From: Antedon mediterranea
Lineage: Eukaryota; Animalia; Echinodermata
Assembly: GCF_964355755.1 (NCBI RefSeq)
Contig: NC_092672.1
Span: 18,117,237-18,181,236, forward strand
Reading direction: 5' to 3'
Length of the DNA stretch: 64,000 bases
The position numbers and the translations under genes are program-made. A model generated the notes under the pieces. It did not search any database. It saw only the letters and a list, made by a program, of their open reading frames with translations, and was not told the DNA's origin. The number at the start of each line of letters is the position of its first letter. The stretch's first letter is position 1. This document shows, one piece after another, positions 13,001-28,000 of this stretch.

Positions 13001-16000
13001 GCACACTCACTCACTCACACAAGATTACTCAATGCACACTCACTCACTCACACAAGATTACTCAATGCACACTCACTCACACTCACACAAGATTACTCAA
13101 TGCACACTCACTCACACTCACAAAAGATTACTCAATGCACACTCACTCACACTCACACAAGATTACTCAATGCACACTCACTCACTCACACAAGATTACT
13201 CAATGCACACTCACTCACTCACACAAGATTACTCAATGCACACTCACTCACTCACACAAGATTACTCAATGCACACTCACTCACTCACACAAGATTACTC
13301 AATGCACACTCACTCACACTCACACAAGATTACTCAATGCACACTCACTCACTCACACAAGATTACTCAATGCACACTCACTCACACTCACACAAGATTA
13401 CTCAATGCACACTCACTCACTCACACACACAAGATTACTCAATGCACACTCACTCACTCACACAAGATTACTCAATGCACACTCACTCACTCACACAAGA
13501 TTACTCAATGCACACTCACTCACACTCACACAAGATTACTCAATGCACACTCACTCACACTCACACAAGATTACTCAATGCACACTCACTCACTCACACA
13601 AGATTACTCAATGCACACTCACTCACTCACACAAGATTACTCAATGCACACTCACTCACTCACACAAGATTACTCAATGCACACTCACTCACACTCACAC
13701 AAGATTACTCAATGCACACTCACTCACTCACACACACAAGATTACTCAATGCACACTCACTCACTCACACAAGATTACTCAATGCACACTCACTCACTCA
13801 CACAAGATTACTCAATGCACACTCACTCACTCACACAAGATTACTCAATGCACACTCACTCACTCACACAAGATTACTCAATGCACACTCACTCACTCAC
13901 ACAAGATTACTCAATGCACACTCACTCACACTCACACAAGATTACTCAATGCACACTCACTCACTCACACAAGATTACTCAATGCACACTCACTCACACT
14001 CACACAAGATTACTCAATGCACACTCACTCACTCACACAAGATTACTCAATGCACACTCACTCACTCACACAAGATTACTCAATGCACACTCACTCACTC
14101 ACACAAGATTACTCAATGCACACTCACTCACACTCACACAAGATTACTCAATGCACACTCACTCACTCACACACACAAGATTACTCAATGCACACTCACT
14201 CACACTCACACAAGATTACTTGCACAGAAAAGAATGAGGGAACACAAATTGAGTTCAAATCAAACATACCTGTAAAGTTTGTGATAATTTAACAAGATCA
14301 TGTTGAACTGTTTCACTATTTTCAAGACCCTGCTGTAACCCCTGTACTTTACGCTTACATTCATGTAAATTATTCTCAAGGGTTTCCTGGAAATTACATA
14401 AAATAACATTACTATAAACATTAGCTACAGATTGAGCAATTTGGTGATGACATTTGGTGATGACATTTGGTGATGACATTTGGTGATGACATTTGGTGAT
14501 GACATTTGTAATTACAATATAAATGTGATATGACAATGTTTGCAAGGACAATAATGCTATTTGTGATTACGATAATAATACTTGATTATGATAATAATGA
14601 GGTTTGTGGTAAAAATGACAATGTTTGTGATAATGATGAAAATAATGAGGTTTGTGATAGCAATGACAATATTGATGTAATACTATATGTTATAATATAA
14701 TTTCCAAAAATGGCAATTTATTACTACTACTTGAAACATTATTAACCATTTGATGTACCTTTGTTTCTTGAAGTTCTTGGTTCTGTTGTTTTAATGAGTC
14801 CAAGACCGTTCTCATTTCTTCATCTTTACTAAATAAATCTGTGTGCTCCTTTTCAAGTTCTTGTAAATTTCTGGTAGTTCTATTTAATTCATCTTCAATA
14901 CTACGTAATTTTACTGCAAAAAAGTGTGCAATACCTAAATGAATTTAGACAATATACAAACTAACAATGTACAAATATTTTAGAGTTAAAGCAACATATT
15001 TTATAACTCAAAACCTCTTTATTTTTATTTTAAATAGACTTTTTGTGCCCAATATATTGTCAGGGTTGACATGCATGGCAACATTTTTAGAGCAACAACC
15101 AATCAGAAAGCAGACAATTTTGTCAAAATACATGTTTTAGGAGCTACATACAATGTTTTGAGTGATATACACCAGGTTTTGAATTAGCAAGAATTTCACT
15201 AAAAATGATTATGGTTATTGAAAATAGGTTTTTATAAATAATTTTTATTTCAACTAAATTTTTAATAGATTTTTTGTGAAATTTGTGCTCCCAAAAATAT
15301 TTAAATGCACTTCAGAGATCTTTTTTTTTTAATTCTACCATATCGAATACAAAGAAAAGACAAATGAAATATAAAAGGCAAGGAAATGTGAAACAGGTGC
15401 AAAACACCTATGTTGGTTGCAGGTCAACCCAGAACACAGCACAGAACAAAATAATTACATTCTACAATTTAAGCAAGAAAGCGACCAACTAGAAACATAT
15501 TTCAAAATTATTTAAAAAATAAGTATTTAGATAATTTAAAAATTTGGCCCTTTTAAAAGAACTAACAGATATATCTAAGTTACGAATTTCACCGGGTAAG
15601 TTATTCAAAATTCTGGTAACACGTTGGTATGTATGATTGAAAGAAGATTCTGTTCTGCAGTGACGAATATCAAAACGAGTACCAACAGAAGAAGAGCTAC
15701 GAGTAACATGTTGTGGATTAGGAATATTAAATAAATTGTCAGTAATAATTATATTAGAATTGAATAACTTAAAATAATAATTCAACATGTATTAGTTTCT
15801 ATCAATGGTAAAGCAATACAATGAAAAGAGTGGTAATTTATAATGAGACAATACAAAATATACCATTAATAGAGGATCTTGCAAGAAGAGATTTCTTGTC
15901 ACGCAAGACCCATAAACAAAAAGAAAAAAATACATTTGTATATAATTATTAATTATATATATGAAATAAAAAAGTCATTACACGGAACATTTTGAAGGTC

Positions 16001-19000
16001 TAGTTTGAGTACAATGATAATAAATGATTTTTTTACGAAAAGTTGGGAGAGAGGAAGAGTTAACAATAATAGTTTCTAATTGATTCCAAATTAAGGGCCA
16101 AAAACAAAATTAAAGTGGGAAAACTATCTTACAAAAGGAATAGTTAACTGAAACTTACGAACCGTACTTCTTAAATTATGACCATGGTTGAAATCAGCAG
16201 TGTTAAATAAATTCATCATGGGAGAAGGAAGATTGTTAGAAAAATATTGAAAGACAAAAGAGGCACTTTGCAATTTATGCACCTAACTTAAGTTCATAAA
16301 ATAAAGGTTCAAATGGAGTAATGCGAGACGTAAAAGTAATATTTTTAATAGCACGCTTAATCAGCTTATTAAGTTTATCAAGATGAGATAGATAGTCAGC
16401 AGCCCAAATTATGTTACAATAATGAAGATGAGGTAAAATTAAAGAATTATATAATGAAAAAAAGAATATGCTGGGGAAAAGTGTGCTTAAGATTATTTAT
16501 AATCCCAATTGTTTAGAAATTTTATTTGCAATATGATTTTGATGACTGGTCCATCTCAAGTTTTCCTGGATTAAAACACCAAGGAACAAAGTCTCTGACG
16601 TTTGTTTAATGTTATCTCCATTAATAAATATATTGTAATTTGTGAGGTCTAACGATTGACGTGTATGAAAAAGAATGTAATTGGTTTTCATGGATTTTAT
16701 AAGGAGTTTATTTGAGATTATATATTTGACAATTCATTATCTATATATAAATTTACGTAAGGGCAAAATTCGATAAATCGCGCGTTATTTCGAGAATGTT
16801 TACTCGATGGTATATCAAGTTGGTTCATACTGTTGGTACTGATTTTAACCACCTGATGTAACCCTGTTTACTAATTAAATTGAGTTCGGTAATTAGTTAT
16901 TGACGATTAAAACGAATTTAGGTTCAACGATTTGCCCCAAATAGGGGTGTTTTCTGATCGTGGTATACACTGTCTAATGGATGTCAATTTGAAAAATACC
17001 CGCATACAATAAAACGAGGACACTTCGCATTTTCGTATCTCCTCCTACGATAATTGTTTTTAATAGCTGAAAACCGGTTGAACAGCTAGAGTACAGCGTC
17101 ATAATGTTGAAGACAGGCCGATTTTCCTTAAAAAATGCTATTTTGATACATTTAATATAGGTTTATACAAATGTATTGATTTGCGATGAATGGAACATTC
17201 CAATCTCTGTTCCACAAGTGTCTATTCCCTCAGGCGTCGTAAAGGCAAGTACTGTATACTCATAACAGAAATTCGATCCATTTTTTTTCAATCTGTGCTC
17301 CAGAGGTTGGATATAGATTTTTTTTAACGTATAATGAGCTAGCGTTTTCAGTCGCCGTTTATTATGTACAAATCTTTATTATTGCAGTTAAACCACCCCG
17401 GGAACCACCCACATCATCACCCTTCCCTCACTGGCATGAGTGGCGTTGTAAAGCCAGTAGAGGATAGGCCTACGGTGGTACGAAGGATCAACAACAACTT
17501 TGGTGGGTAGGGTAGGAACCAACTTAAGTATGAATTGGCTCTATAAACAATTGAAAACTATTAGGCCTACTAATTAAGTTGAGTTAGAAAATTTAATATT
17601 TATTAACGATTAAATCGAATTTATGATTTGCCCCGAATAGAGGTGGTTTTCACAAATTGTTTAACATTATAATAGTAATTACATCGTAATGTTTTACTGT
17701 GTTTAGTGGTATATTATTTTGTAAAACATGAAAACAATTAATATTTCGTTACTAAATGGATAAAGAATATATTTAAAAATTGTTACTCTTTGCACCCATC
17801 CTCTTCCATATCCCTCAACCATAATGTTACATACAAAACACAAATTAAGTTTGTTTAAATTTGACTTAAACAATTGGTCTCATTTTGTGACAAGTTTCTC
17901 TTTCGGAAGTAATTCCCAGGGTGCTAATTTTAGTTGAGTACATAAATCACAGTGTCTATTTATTCGTTCCTGTAAACGACATGTATTATTGTCCTGCATT
18001 ATTGTACATTTGAAATCGCCAGTTTTTTAACGTTGAAATTATTATGTATTTGAGAACCATCTGTGGGCACGACCTAGATGGTACGCGAGCGAAGCGAGCG
18101 TACCATCTAGTAATAATAATTACAATAAAACATTTAAATCTGAATGAGAAAAAAAGAGTGTAGTGTCATCAGCAAAGGAGATGACATGTAGGGTGTAACT
18201 AACTCTGGATAAGTCATTTACGTAAAGGGTCATTCCATACCAAATCACCCAAAAAAAATGACATTTTAAACCCTACTTTCTTCAAATTTGTTCAAATTTG
18301 GTTTTTGGGTTATTTTTAGCCAAAAAAACCCGAAATTTTTAATTTGAGCGCCATACGACCAACGGTTCGCGCTACGTGCCGGCGTTTCTTTGCAATTTTT
18401 AAATTACCGTATCTCCATAATGTGTGGACCGATTTTGTTGTGACAGTTATCTTTGGAAAGCTAATTGTTAAATCTATCTATCCAAATCTTACTTTTGAGA
18501 TAGAACTATTTAAAAGATTTATAACTTATTCTATTCCATTTGACCTAGGATTTGACCTTGTGGGACAAATTTTTTTTAGATGAAATTTTGTGAAAATTAT
18601 CTCCTACATGATATTTACATAATATAAAAAATGTCTTTCTAACTGGTTTATTGCAGATAGATTAACGGTGAACACCAAAAAAACAAATTATATTGTATTT
18701 ACTAATATAAATGTAAAAATTGACACATAAATCTAAATTTACTAATTAATACTGATATTATAGAACGAGTAAATCAAAGTTTCTTGGTGTTCATCAAGAT
18801 GAAAAAGTATCATTTGCATATCATGTAAATTCAAGTTTCAACAGCTATAGGCACCATGAATAAAATAAAACACATACTCCCATAAGAACTCAAATTAAAA
18901 ATATACAACTCTCTCATATTACCTAACATAGCCATAACACTATAGAGATCTACTAATCAAACTATTTTAAATCTTCTTTATATATTTACAAAAGAAAGCA

Positions 19001-22000
19001 CTTAGAATTGTTTGCATCAATCCTTTCATCATCCTTCTTTACCACTCATTTCCCGCACACAAACATTATAATATATTAACGCTACTAAATTTTTTGCATA
19101 TTCTAAGCCACTGAATGGTACGTGCTCACGATAGGCTATTTCACTTTCCTGACTGTGCTAAAATAAAATCTAGTTGAAGGCTGAACTCCCTCAAGTTGTC
19201 TTATATCTACTTTCAAGATACTATAGTACAGTAGCTAACTCAAGGTCAAATAATCATTTTTGTTGCAACAAAAGGTTGCACAGCAATAAATGGTTAAATG
19301 GCATTCTAACACACAATCACACAATTTAACTCGTTATTTAAAATTTGCCATCTTTTTGCTAGTAAAAAATAGGAATAATTCATTCACACTGTTTTTAATC
19401 AGTTAATTTAGTTTTAGTAATTGATACACATTTCATTTCTTTACCATGATCTTCTTTATATTCCTCCAGTTCCTGCTGATAAGTTTCATCAAGTGACATC
19501 CGTGTGTGCTGTTCACTTTCAAGTTGATTCTTCAAAAAAGATATTTCATTTCTAAGTTTTTGACTTTCTTGTTCAAATGACACTTTCATTTTAACAACAT
19601 CTTCTCTGTACCTAGTTATTACAGCTTGGCATTCCTGTAAACAATGATAGTATCAGATGATGTGATTCAAAATCTAATAACGTTATTATTTTATGTAAAC
19701 ACTTGCTAGTTCAATCTATAGATTTAGATTCAATTCCTGTGTATGTATATAACACCTAACAAATTCCTGTCGTTTAATTGGACGATTGTGGGTCACATGG
19801 TGTGCAATAGTACGCACTATTAAACGGTCCTTATCACGATGGCAGTACATTTTTGGAGAGATATATGTACCAATTTAGACCAAAAAAATCATTTAAATTA
19901 GCTTTAGATCGTTTGTATGATTTTGATTAATTAATGGGAACATCTCTACAAGACAGAATTAGCCCAGTTGTCCAAGGTTCGTAATGGTATTGATGCCTTT
20001 CTAGTAGCCTAACTAGGCATATTGGTATTACGCTAGACTAAAGCGCCTAGGCCTAGCCTAAGATTGTTTGGTCGTTTATTGACATAATTAACACTACAGT
20101 AGGTGTGTTTATAAAATCCAAATAAATATAATATTTATAATATTATAAACAAAGCAAATAAATTTTACTGTTTCAACATGAATAAAATGTAGGCCTAGGC
20201 CTACCTTTTATTCAATCTGATTAAAAGGACAGGAATCTATTTAGATGTTACATAAAACTGTGGTTTTCAAACCTCTGTTGTCTTTGGCATTTGGAAACCA
20301 TCTTTATTAGCAATTGATGCATGCTTAGCATGTTTTCCAACAAGGTCTTTGTTCTCTTCCTGTAGTCTTGTAACCTGTACATAATCAATGAAACAATGCA
20401 TTACAAACAAGAAGGATAGCACAAATGCCTGTAAAGAATCAATTGGCATAGACTTGTGTTGTCAGACCTGTAGGGCCTAGTACTTGAGGATTCGGATCAC
20501 GATGAATTTTTCGAGCCGCCGCTTTAGCCAGCTATATCCCCAGAGGACTACTCATTTAGAGCTATAACAAGGAAAAGCTTATTATCTACAGCTGACATTT
20601 TCAGTATTTTGTAAACTCGACTAATTGATAGCTCCAAGCTGTGGGACCCAAAAAATGTCTGTGAAAAGAGAGTCTATGGCTCACGGTTGAACGATAGTTT
20701 TTGGTGTTGCATAATTATAATAAACTTGACAGCAAGCTAGCTGGTGAATAGAACTATTGAATATCGCTTTGACCATTGATTGGAATGTGATACAAAATCA
20801 GCCAATCAAATAGGATATAATAATGACTATTTTGTACTTACCTCTTGGTAAATTTGTTCCCTTGATTGCATAAACATTTGCTACAAGACAAGACAAGATA
20901 ATCAAATATGTTTCCTATACTGCTCTTACAAAAAACATCTAGGCTGGATATAATCACAACCAACAACTCCCTACAAGATTAGACAGTTGCACTAACCAAG
21001 AAAGTGTATGTGAGGTATATACTTGGAATATGATAATCGGAGGTAGGTTACCACACCTATTTGGTTATGTTGCTTTGTAATTTCCTGTCAGCTAGTGACT
21101 CCCATACCTTATTGTTTGTTTTATATTTTGTAAATGTATCTTATTTGCCAGAATAAATACAATGTATTCAAAAAATCAAAAAATAACATAAGGCGTAAAT
21201 ACTAAGTCTACCAGATAGTAACAATAGTGAATAAAGCCGCAAAAGAAATAGTGTAGCATTCATTTAAATAGTAAGAACAATTCTAGGTTATTAGACAAAG
21301 TACATTCACACTAACTGATTTTAGTTTTAGCTTTTTTATACATTTTATCTATTTTTACTCACTGTAAAGAAGTCAGTGATACCAAGTATTCAAGGACTAG
21401 TTCCTTGTTCATGCATCACTGATCATGTTTTTGAATAAAAGAAATTTGTTGTTGTAGGCCTATCATTATGCTTTACAATGTGTTGTATGGGAGTGGGATT
21501 TGACAGTGCATTCAATCTTGATGAATATAATCTATTTGAGTAATAAATTCATAATTATTACCAGTTGATCACGAACTTCATTATTAGTGCGCAGAAAGTC
21601 TTGACGAAGATGAGACAAGAAGTCTTCGGACTCTTGATTCTTATAGGTTAAAGAACGAATCTAAGACAAATTACACAAACAAAAATTATGATTTAAGAAC
21701 ACTTGTTTATATAAACACAAAAAATATACAGTATTTGCATTAAATGTGATAGAGTTATAGGCGGATCCAAGGGGGATGGGTTGTACAGCATCCTCAGCCA
21801 CCGACCCCTGGGATTATACTGTATTTCTTAAAATTAGTTTGGAGATAATACAGTATTCAGATGAGTATGTGTGTCATGTATTATGAAATACTCCAAACAT
21901 AAGTTATAGCACACAATTTTATTATCACCAGTATTGTTGCAATACTACTATATTAACAATGCTACTTCAACTTTTTTTTAAACCACAACGACATCGCCGC

Positions 22001-25000
22001 CGTCACCAGTCTATAATAAGTGACAGCGATGTAGCATTACTTGCCATCAACAACGTTTTTTTCGCGTCACTCAAATAAATTTTTAAACAAGATTTCCGTT
22101 AGGAGGCTTATTAATTGTACAGACGAGTAGTTGTAAATCGCGTTATCTGTAAATGTACACGCGCACAACTAAAGACAATTTATTTTATGAATAGACATGT
22201 GCAGCAATTGTAATTAAGCTTGGTTGCCACTAGAGACGCAACACAAGGACGTAACGCAATGTAAGTTAGTTTGAATAATTCATCGCTTGTCATTGGTCAA
22301 CACGCTTGTGTTGCATTTACATCCTTGCGTTATGTCCTAGTGGGAACCAAGCTTTACGAACAAATAAACAAACTGCGCATGTGTACAGATGCAAATATCG
22401 CACAATAACAAACATGCTGCCTGAACATTCAGACGTCGTCGTAGTTCGTTTGTGGTGTGTGTTACGAGGTTTTCGCGAGTAAAACGCCGACCATACATGA
22501 CTCAGCCGTTGCATAGTCAACTATTGAGTAGGCCTCCAATGGATGTGGCGACTGGTATCGAGTCAGGACGGTGAGGCTGCAGTGGATAGGCTGCAGTGGA
22601 TAGGCCTAACATTTTTTAATGCGGTCATATTTTATTTCTTTTTTAAATAGCAAATTTTGAATAAATAAAAATAAAAACAATACAAGACAACAACCTACAT
22701 ATTTATTTGATGTATCCATTTTCATGGTAACTCACCTGTGTCTGTGACTCACCTGTGTCTGTGACTCACCTGTGTCTGTGACTCACCTGTGTCTGTGACT
22801 CACCTGCGTCTGTGACTCACCTGCGTCTGTGACTCACCTGCGTCTGTGACTCACCTGTGTCTGTGACTCACCTGTGTCTGTGACTCACCTGTGTCTGTGA
22901 CTCACCTGTGTCTGTGACTCACCTGTGTCTGTGACTCACCTGTGTCTGTGACTCACCTGTGTCTGTGACTCACCTGTGTCTGTGACTCACCTGTGTCTGT
23001 GACTCACCTGTGTCTGTGACTCACCTGTGTCTGTGACTCACCTGTGTCTGTGACTCACCTGTGTCTGTGACTCACCTGTGTCTGTGACTCACCTGTGTCT
23101 GTGACTCACCTGTGTCTGTGCATCTTCTGCAGCATTCTTTAAAGATTCTTCTAACTCACATCTTTGTTTCATCTCCTTTCTTACTTTTTCTTGTTGTTGT
23201 CGTACATCCTAAAATAAATAATAAAAACATGAATCTTTGAATTTAAGGCCACTCTCAGTGTGCCAACACTAACAGCTCACTAAAAAGTTCCACTTATTAC
23301 AATAAGTCAGAGCGCTGTATAGTGTAACAAATAATTATCCAATCAGATTCTTTGAAAGCACTCGCGTACTGAAGCCGTTTAGTATGTGTCCGATAGAACG
23401 TGATCATAGTTTGCGGCAATTTTTTTATTGAGCAAAGTGTTATTCGTGCCAGTTGAATGGTTAGTTTACACACTTTGTGCTATCAGTTGTCACAATTGCT
23501 ATATCTGAGAGCAATGTGATGTGCATGTGAACAAGGTATAGCATTATTTCCAAACACTTTTTGTAATTCCAAACTAAATTTTGAAAATTAAATTGTTTTT
23601 TGATGGAATTATCAACACTAAACACTTTGTGTACTTAGTATGATAAGCACTGTGTAGATGATTAAAAACACACTCTGGGAATCATAAAAATGTTATTCTT
23701 TATTTTAAAATATCCAGAACATCAGCCACAAACAGGCTGGTAGAAACTTATAGATTGTTCACCATCTGTAAAGCCGCAACTTGTTCCTTGAATGCAATCT
23801 CCACTGACTGCACTTTTTGCAACTGTTGCTCATAATTCACACACATGTCACAGGGTCTTCCAAGTTTCTCTCTTGATTGTCGAACCTAAATAAAAAAACT
23901 TCAGGGTTATCCATACTATTAACTTCTCTACCAAATATAGTCCATTTTAAGAGAAAATTAATCGGTTAATTGTAAAATTATGACATTATACTGGGATATT
24001 TGGTATTTACAGTATGACATTGGCAGTGCAAGGAATACAGACTTATTATCAATAGTGAGGAATTAGACTAAAATTCTACTAGAGGGAATTTTGGAAATTG
24101 GCTTTGTTACAAATAAGATTCTTTCTTTACCTGTTCTTGAAATTGAATCCACTCTTTCTCGCTAACAATTCTCTGACCAGATGACACCTTCATAAACTCA
24201 GAGGGCGCTGTAACACTTGCTACAACAGAACGCATTCTTTCACCCTCTGGAGTTTCACCTGTGTGATAAATTGATGTATATAAGATAATATTTTTCAAAA
24301 AAATGTAATATATAATATTATGGCAACTGGAATAGAATTTTTTTCATTTATCATCTTTCTCTAAAAATGCTCATATAAATTATTTACCTACAGTCACAAT
24401 AATTTATACTATAGAGACTGAAGTAATAGACAGCACAGTAATTTGCTGTTGTAAGGCAATATTCCCAGATCATTTTTCAAGAAAAAAAATGATATTCTTA
24501 AGATTTATTTAAAGGTTTCTAACAAATTTTATGCACACAACAATTATACAATGATTATGATTGAACTTTAAAAGTGTAAACTAAAAACTCTACTAATACA
24601 CTTAGTCTAGATTATTAGCTATTGATTATGTAACATTTATTCAAATATGGCAACAAATAATGTCTATGCAGAGATGATTGTTCTACAAAAATGTCATTGT
24701 AAACATTGTTTAAATCGCCGTTCCGCAACCTATGGGTCGCAATCTTGCGAAATCATCTCCGATGTTGAATTTTTATCAATTATAGTTTATACACTACTGA
24801 TCTAGATGTGAAACTCTACAAAACTGATTACAGTATTTTCCCTGTGTTGATGCGAGTAGCGTAAATTGGGAACTGATGAGGGCACATGGAGGTTTTTGGT
24901 GCATAGTTTGTTGTTACAAGTGGTGAATTCTCCTTTAGAACAAGGAATTAATCACCTAAGTTGGTTCTACGCCAATAGATTTATGTAGAACCTTTGATGT

Positions 25001-28000
25001 TGTCGAAGGCTTTTGAAGTTTTGCTTTTACCTACTTGTACAATGTACCGGTGGTGGAAACTTCTACTATTGATTTATTATCTGTTTGTTTTAATTTAATA
25101 TCTTAATTTCTTAAACACAGGGGCGGTCGCAAAACTATTTAAGCGGTTGCCCAAGAGTCCAGGGCCATTATATAACGTGTGGTGGAGCCTGTGGCGAAGT
25201 GATTTTCGTTAAATGAAACCTCTAGATGGCCGTAAAATGTACTCTACGCTACCAAACAGCAATACCATCGTATCCCGCCTATTTTTTCCACCGGTAAAAG
25301 GATAACATTTTGTTGAAGCTGCTGCTATAAATATATTGAGCAAAACATTGAATTGTATTATTTTGAAATAAATGCTAAATAAGTCAGTAAAACCACAATT
25401 TTCATTTTATGATGATGATTTCATATGACAGGGTTTTCCACGAACAAAATGTGTAGTGGCCTTTCATACCTTCTCATGATGCACACAAGAAATCCAAACA
25501 GTCAGAAATTCATTCTGAGCATGTTCAGAAACATATCTACAAAAAAAAAAAAAGCCCACCGCCGGTAAATTAATATTACGCTGTATTCTGTCAATTTAAA
25601 TATAAGCTCTTCCAACCCTGGACTTCTATAACGGGATGGGATTTAAATTTTAATTTAGTGGCAGAAAAAACATTTTGTATGTAATTAGGGGCCATAGCTA
25701 AATGATATAGCGATAATAGCGATTTTGTTGAGGCCATAGACAGGGGGAGGGGGAGGGTTCTGGTTCGGGAGGAGGGTTCTGGTTTGGGAGAAAATCCTCT
25801 TTTTTTTTTATAGCGAATCCCCCCCCCCCCCCGCCCCCTATATAGGGCTATATATGGGAGTGTCATTTCCGGTTACTTACTTACAATTATCTATCATAAA
25901 TTAAACGTGCGAGAGTACCATTTCCGGTCACAGGGGTGTCATTTTTCATGAATTTTACCAGTGAGAGTACCACTTCCATCCATCTAGCGTTAACATTTAA
26001 CTAAAATTTGCTTCGCCACAGGCCACACCATATGGGGGTTGGGCGGTGTGTGGCTCAAATACCTGTTGGGCCCCGAAAATAAAAATATAATCATGGGGTC
26101 GTGTTCAAAAAAGGTTGCGGAATGCAGGTTTAAGTGACTCCTAAGCCTGCTGAATGGTTTTCATAGATGAATAGTGGCATAACGACTATGAGCACTCACT
26201 GGCTAAATCCAGGGACCCCAGTTCTTAAGGGGTCCCAGAACATAGCACTTTGGAATGCTAAACTAGGGGGCCTGTGTTATGTCACTGTAATGATATGCTT
26301 CCACTACCTACTGGGTATCAACATATTATTATTGGATTTATAATGCATATAATGTATCATAATTCTGCATGTATTTTATTGGTTTGTAAATTTCTATATT
26401 GAGATAAATAAATCAAACACTACTATTATTAATTTGGTGGTTTGGTTTTTCTACACTTTTTTCAATACTTACTAAGTATGGCCCTTTCCTGTGCTTCAGT
26501 AAGACTATAGCTAGATGCAATTGACTGGGTGTCTGCATTTATTCCACTATCTGAGAAGTCCATTTGATTGTGTGACACTGGTGTATCGATGTCAGGAACA
26601 TCTGATATACTCCTACCGTAGTTCCTGGAGCCTTCTGATCCACTGGTCGATTGTAGAAAGCTATCTTCAGAAGTTATACTAGTTCCTTCAGGAGTTTGGT
26701 AATGATCATTAGATGATGGAATTCCTACTGGTGAACTAACACCTCTTTTCAAAATCTTGTCTCCATTAATCTTGAATAAAAAAAAAAATATTTGGTACAA
26801 TAAAAAATGTTAAACTAGATTTTAACTAATTACTTTGACAAGTTAGTTATCCGCACAATAACAGACCCCGTATGCACGCATGTTAGCAAATGAGCACAGA
26901 AAAAGACTATGCCATTATGACCTGAATAAAATAATAATATGTTCTAAGTGCTGAATTCCACCATTTTAAATCCACAGAAAGTTGACCCTTGATTTTCTAA
27001 ATTTTCATCAAGTGTCACTAAAAGAATACTTTTGGTTTTTAATCTATGATCAATCATTGAAAAACATAAAATCATGTACAAGTTATGTTGTGCAAGTCTG
27101 AGTACGTCATTGAAAAATAGGTGGTGCACAACCTTAGGTGAATGTCAATATGTTGCAAAAGTGAAATGACATAAAAAATCGAGAGAAAAAAACATGATTT
27201 TCATACTCCGTGTGCACCATACACATAAAATGTCATGATTCGTGTAGAAAGTTGATTAGAAAGAAATTTAGTTTGTTAAAGTTAGATAATTAGTTATTGA
27301 CAATTAAAACTAATTTAGGTTCAACGATTTGCCCCAAATAGACATGTTTTCCAAACGTGATATACAATGTCTAATGGATGTCGATGCTAAAAAATACCTG
27401 CACTCAATAATACGAGAATGCTTCGAATCATTGAACCTATCTCCTTCTACAATAATTGTTTTAATAGCTGAAAACCAGTTAAACAGCTCGAGTACAGCAT
27501 CATAATGTGGAAGACAAACCAACTTTACTTTAAAAATGATGATGATGGAATATTCCAATCTCTCTTAGAAGTGTCAATTCCCACAGACGTAATAAACCAT
27601 GAGTGCAAAACAAAAACCACTACTCATAACAGAAATTCAAACTAGTTTTTATTAATCTGTGACTCGAATGCAGAGGTGGGACGTCAGGTCATCTTTTACG
27701 AAATTTGAGCTGTTTTTTCGATCGGCGTCTATATATTCAACTTTTATTACTGCAGTTTCACCACCACCACCTAGCCCTGTCTGATGCACATAGCGTTGTA
27801 AAGCTGTTTTGAAGGGACGTAAAGTTTTATTCCTATTCCTAGAGTATTAAAGGACAAATTTCAGTAAATCGCACAAAACTTTGTCCTCAACGGTTTAGAA
27901 AGTATGGGTTCATACTCTCTGTAGTGTATTGTGCCATCAATTGAAAACCAGTATTGAGGCCTACTAATCAAGTTGTGTTAAATAATTAAAGCTAATTTAG

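Noticed and set aside
12499-14292. Three overlapping 560-600 aa His/Thr-rich ORFs
   Set aside because: They are translations of a stop-free minisatellite strand inside a RABEP1 intron; all three frames are open.
1644-23120. CRISPR-like arrays
   Set aside because: The tandem repeats have no unique spacers, no cas genes are present, and the context is eukaryotic.
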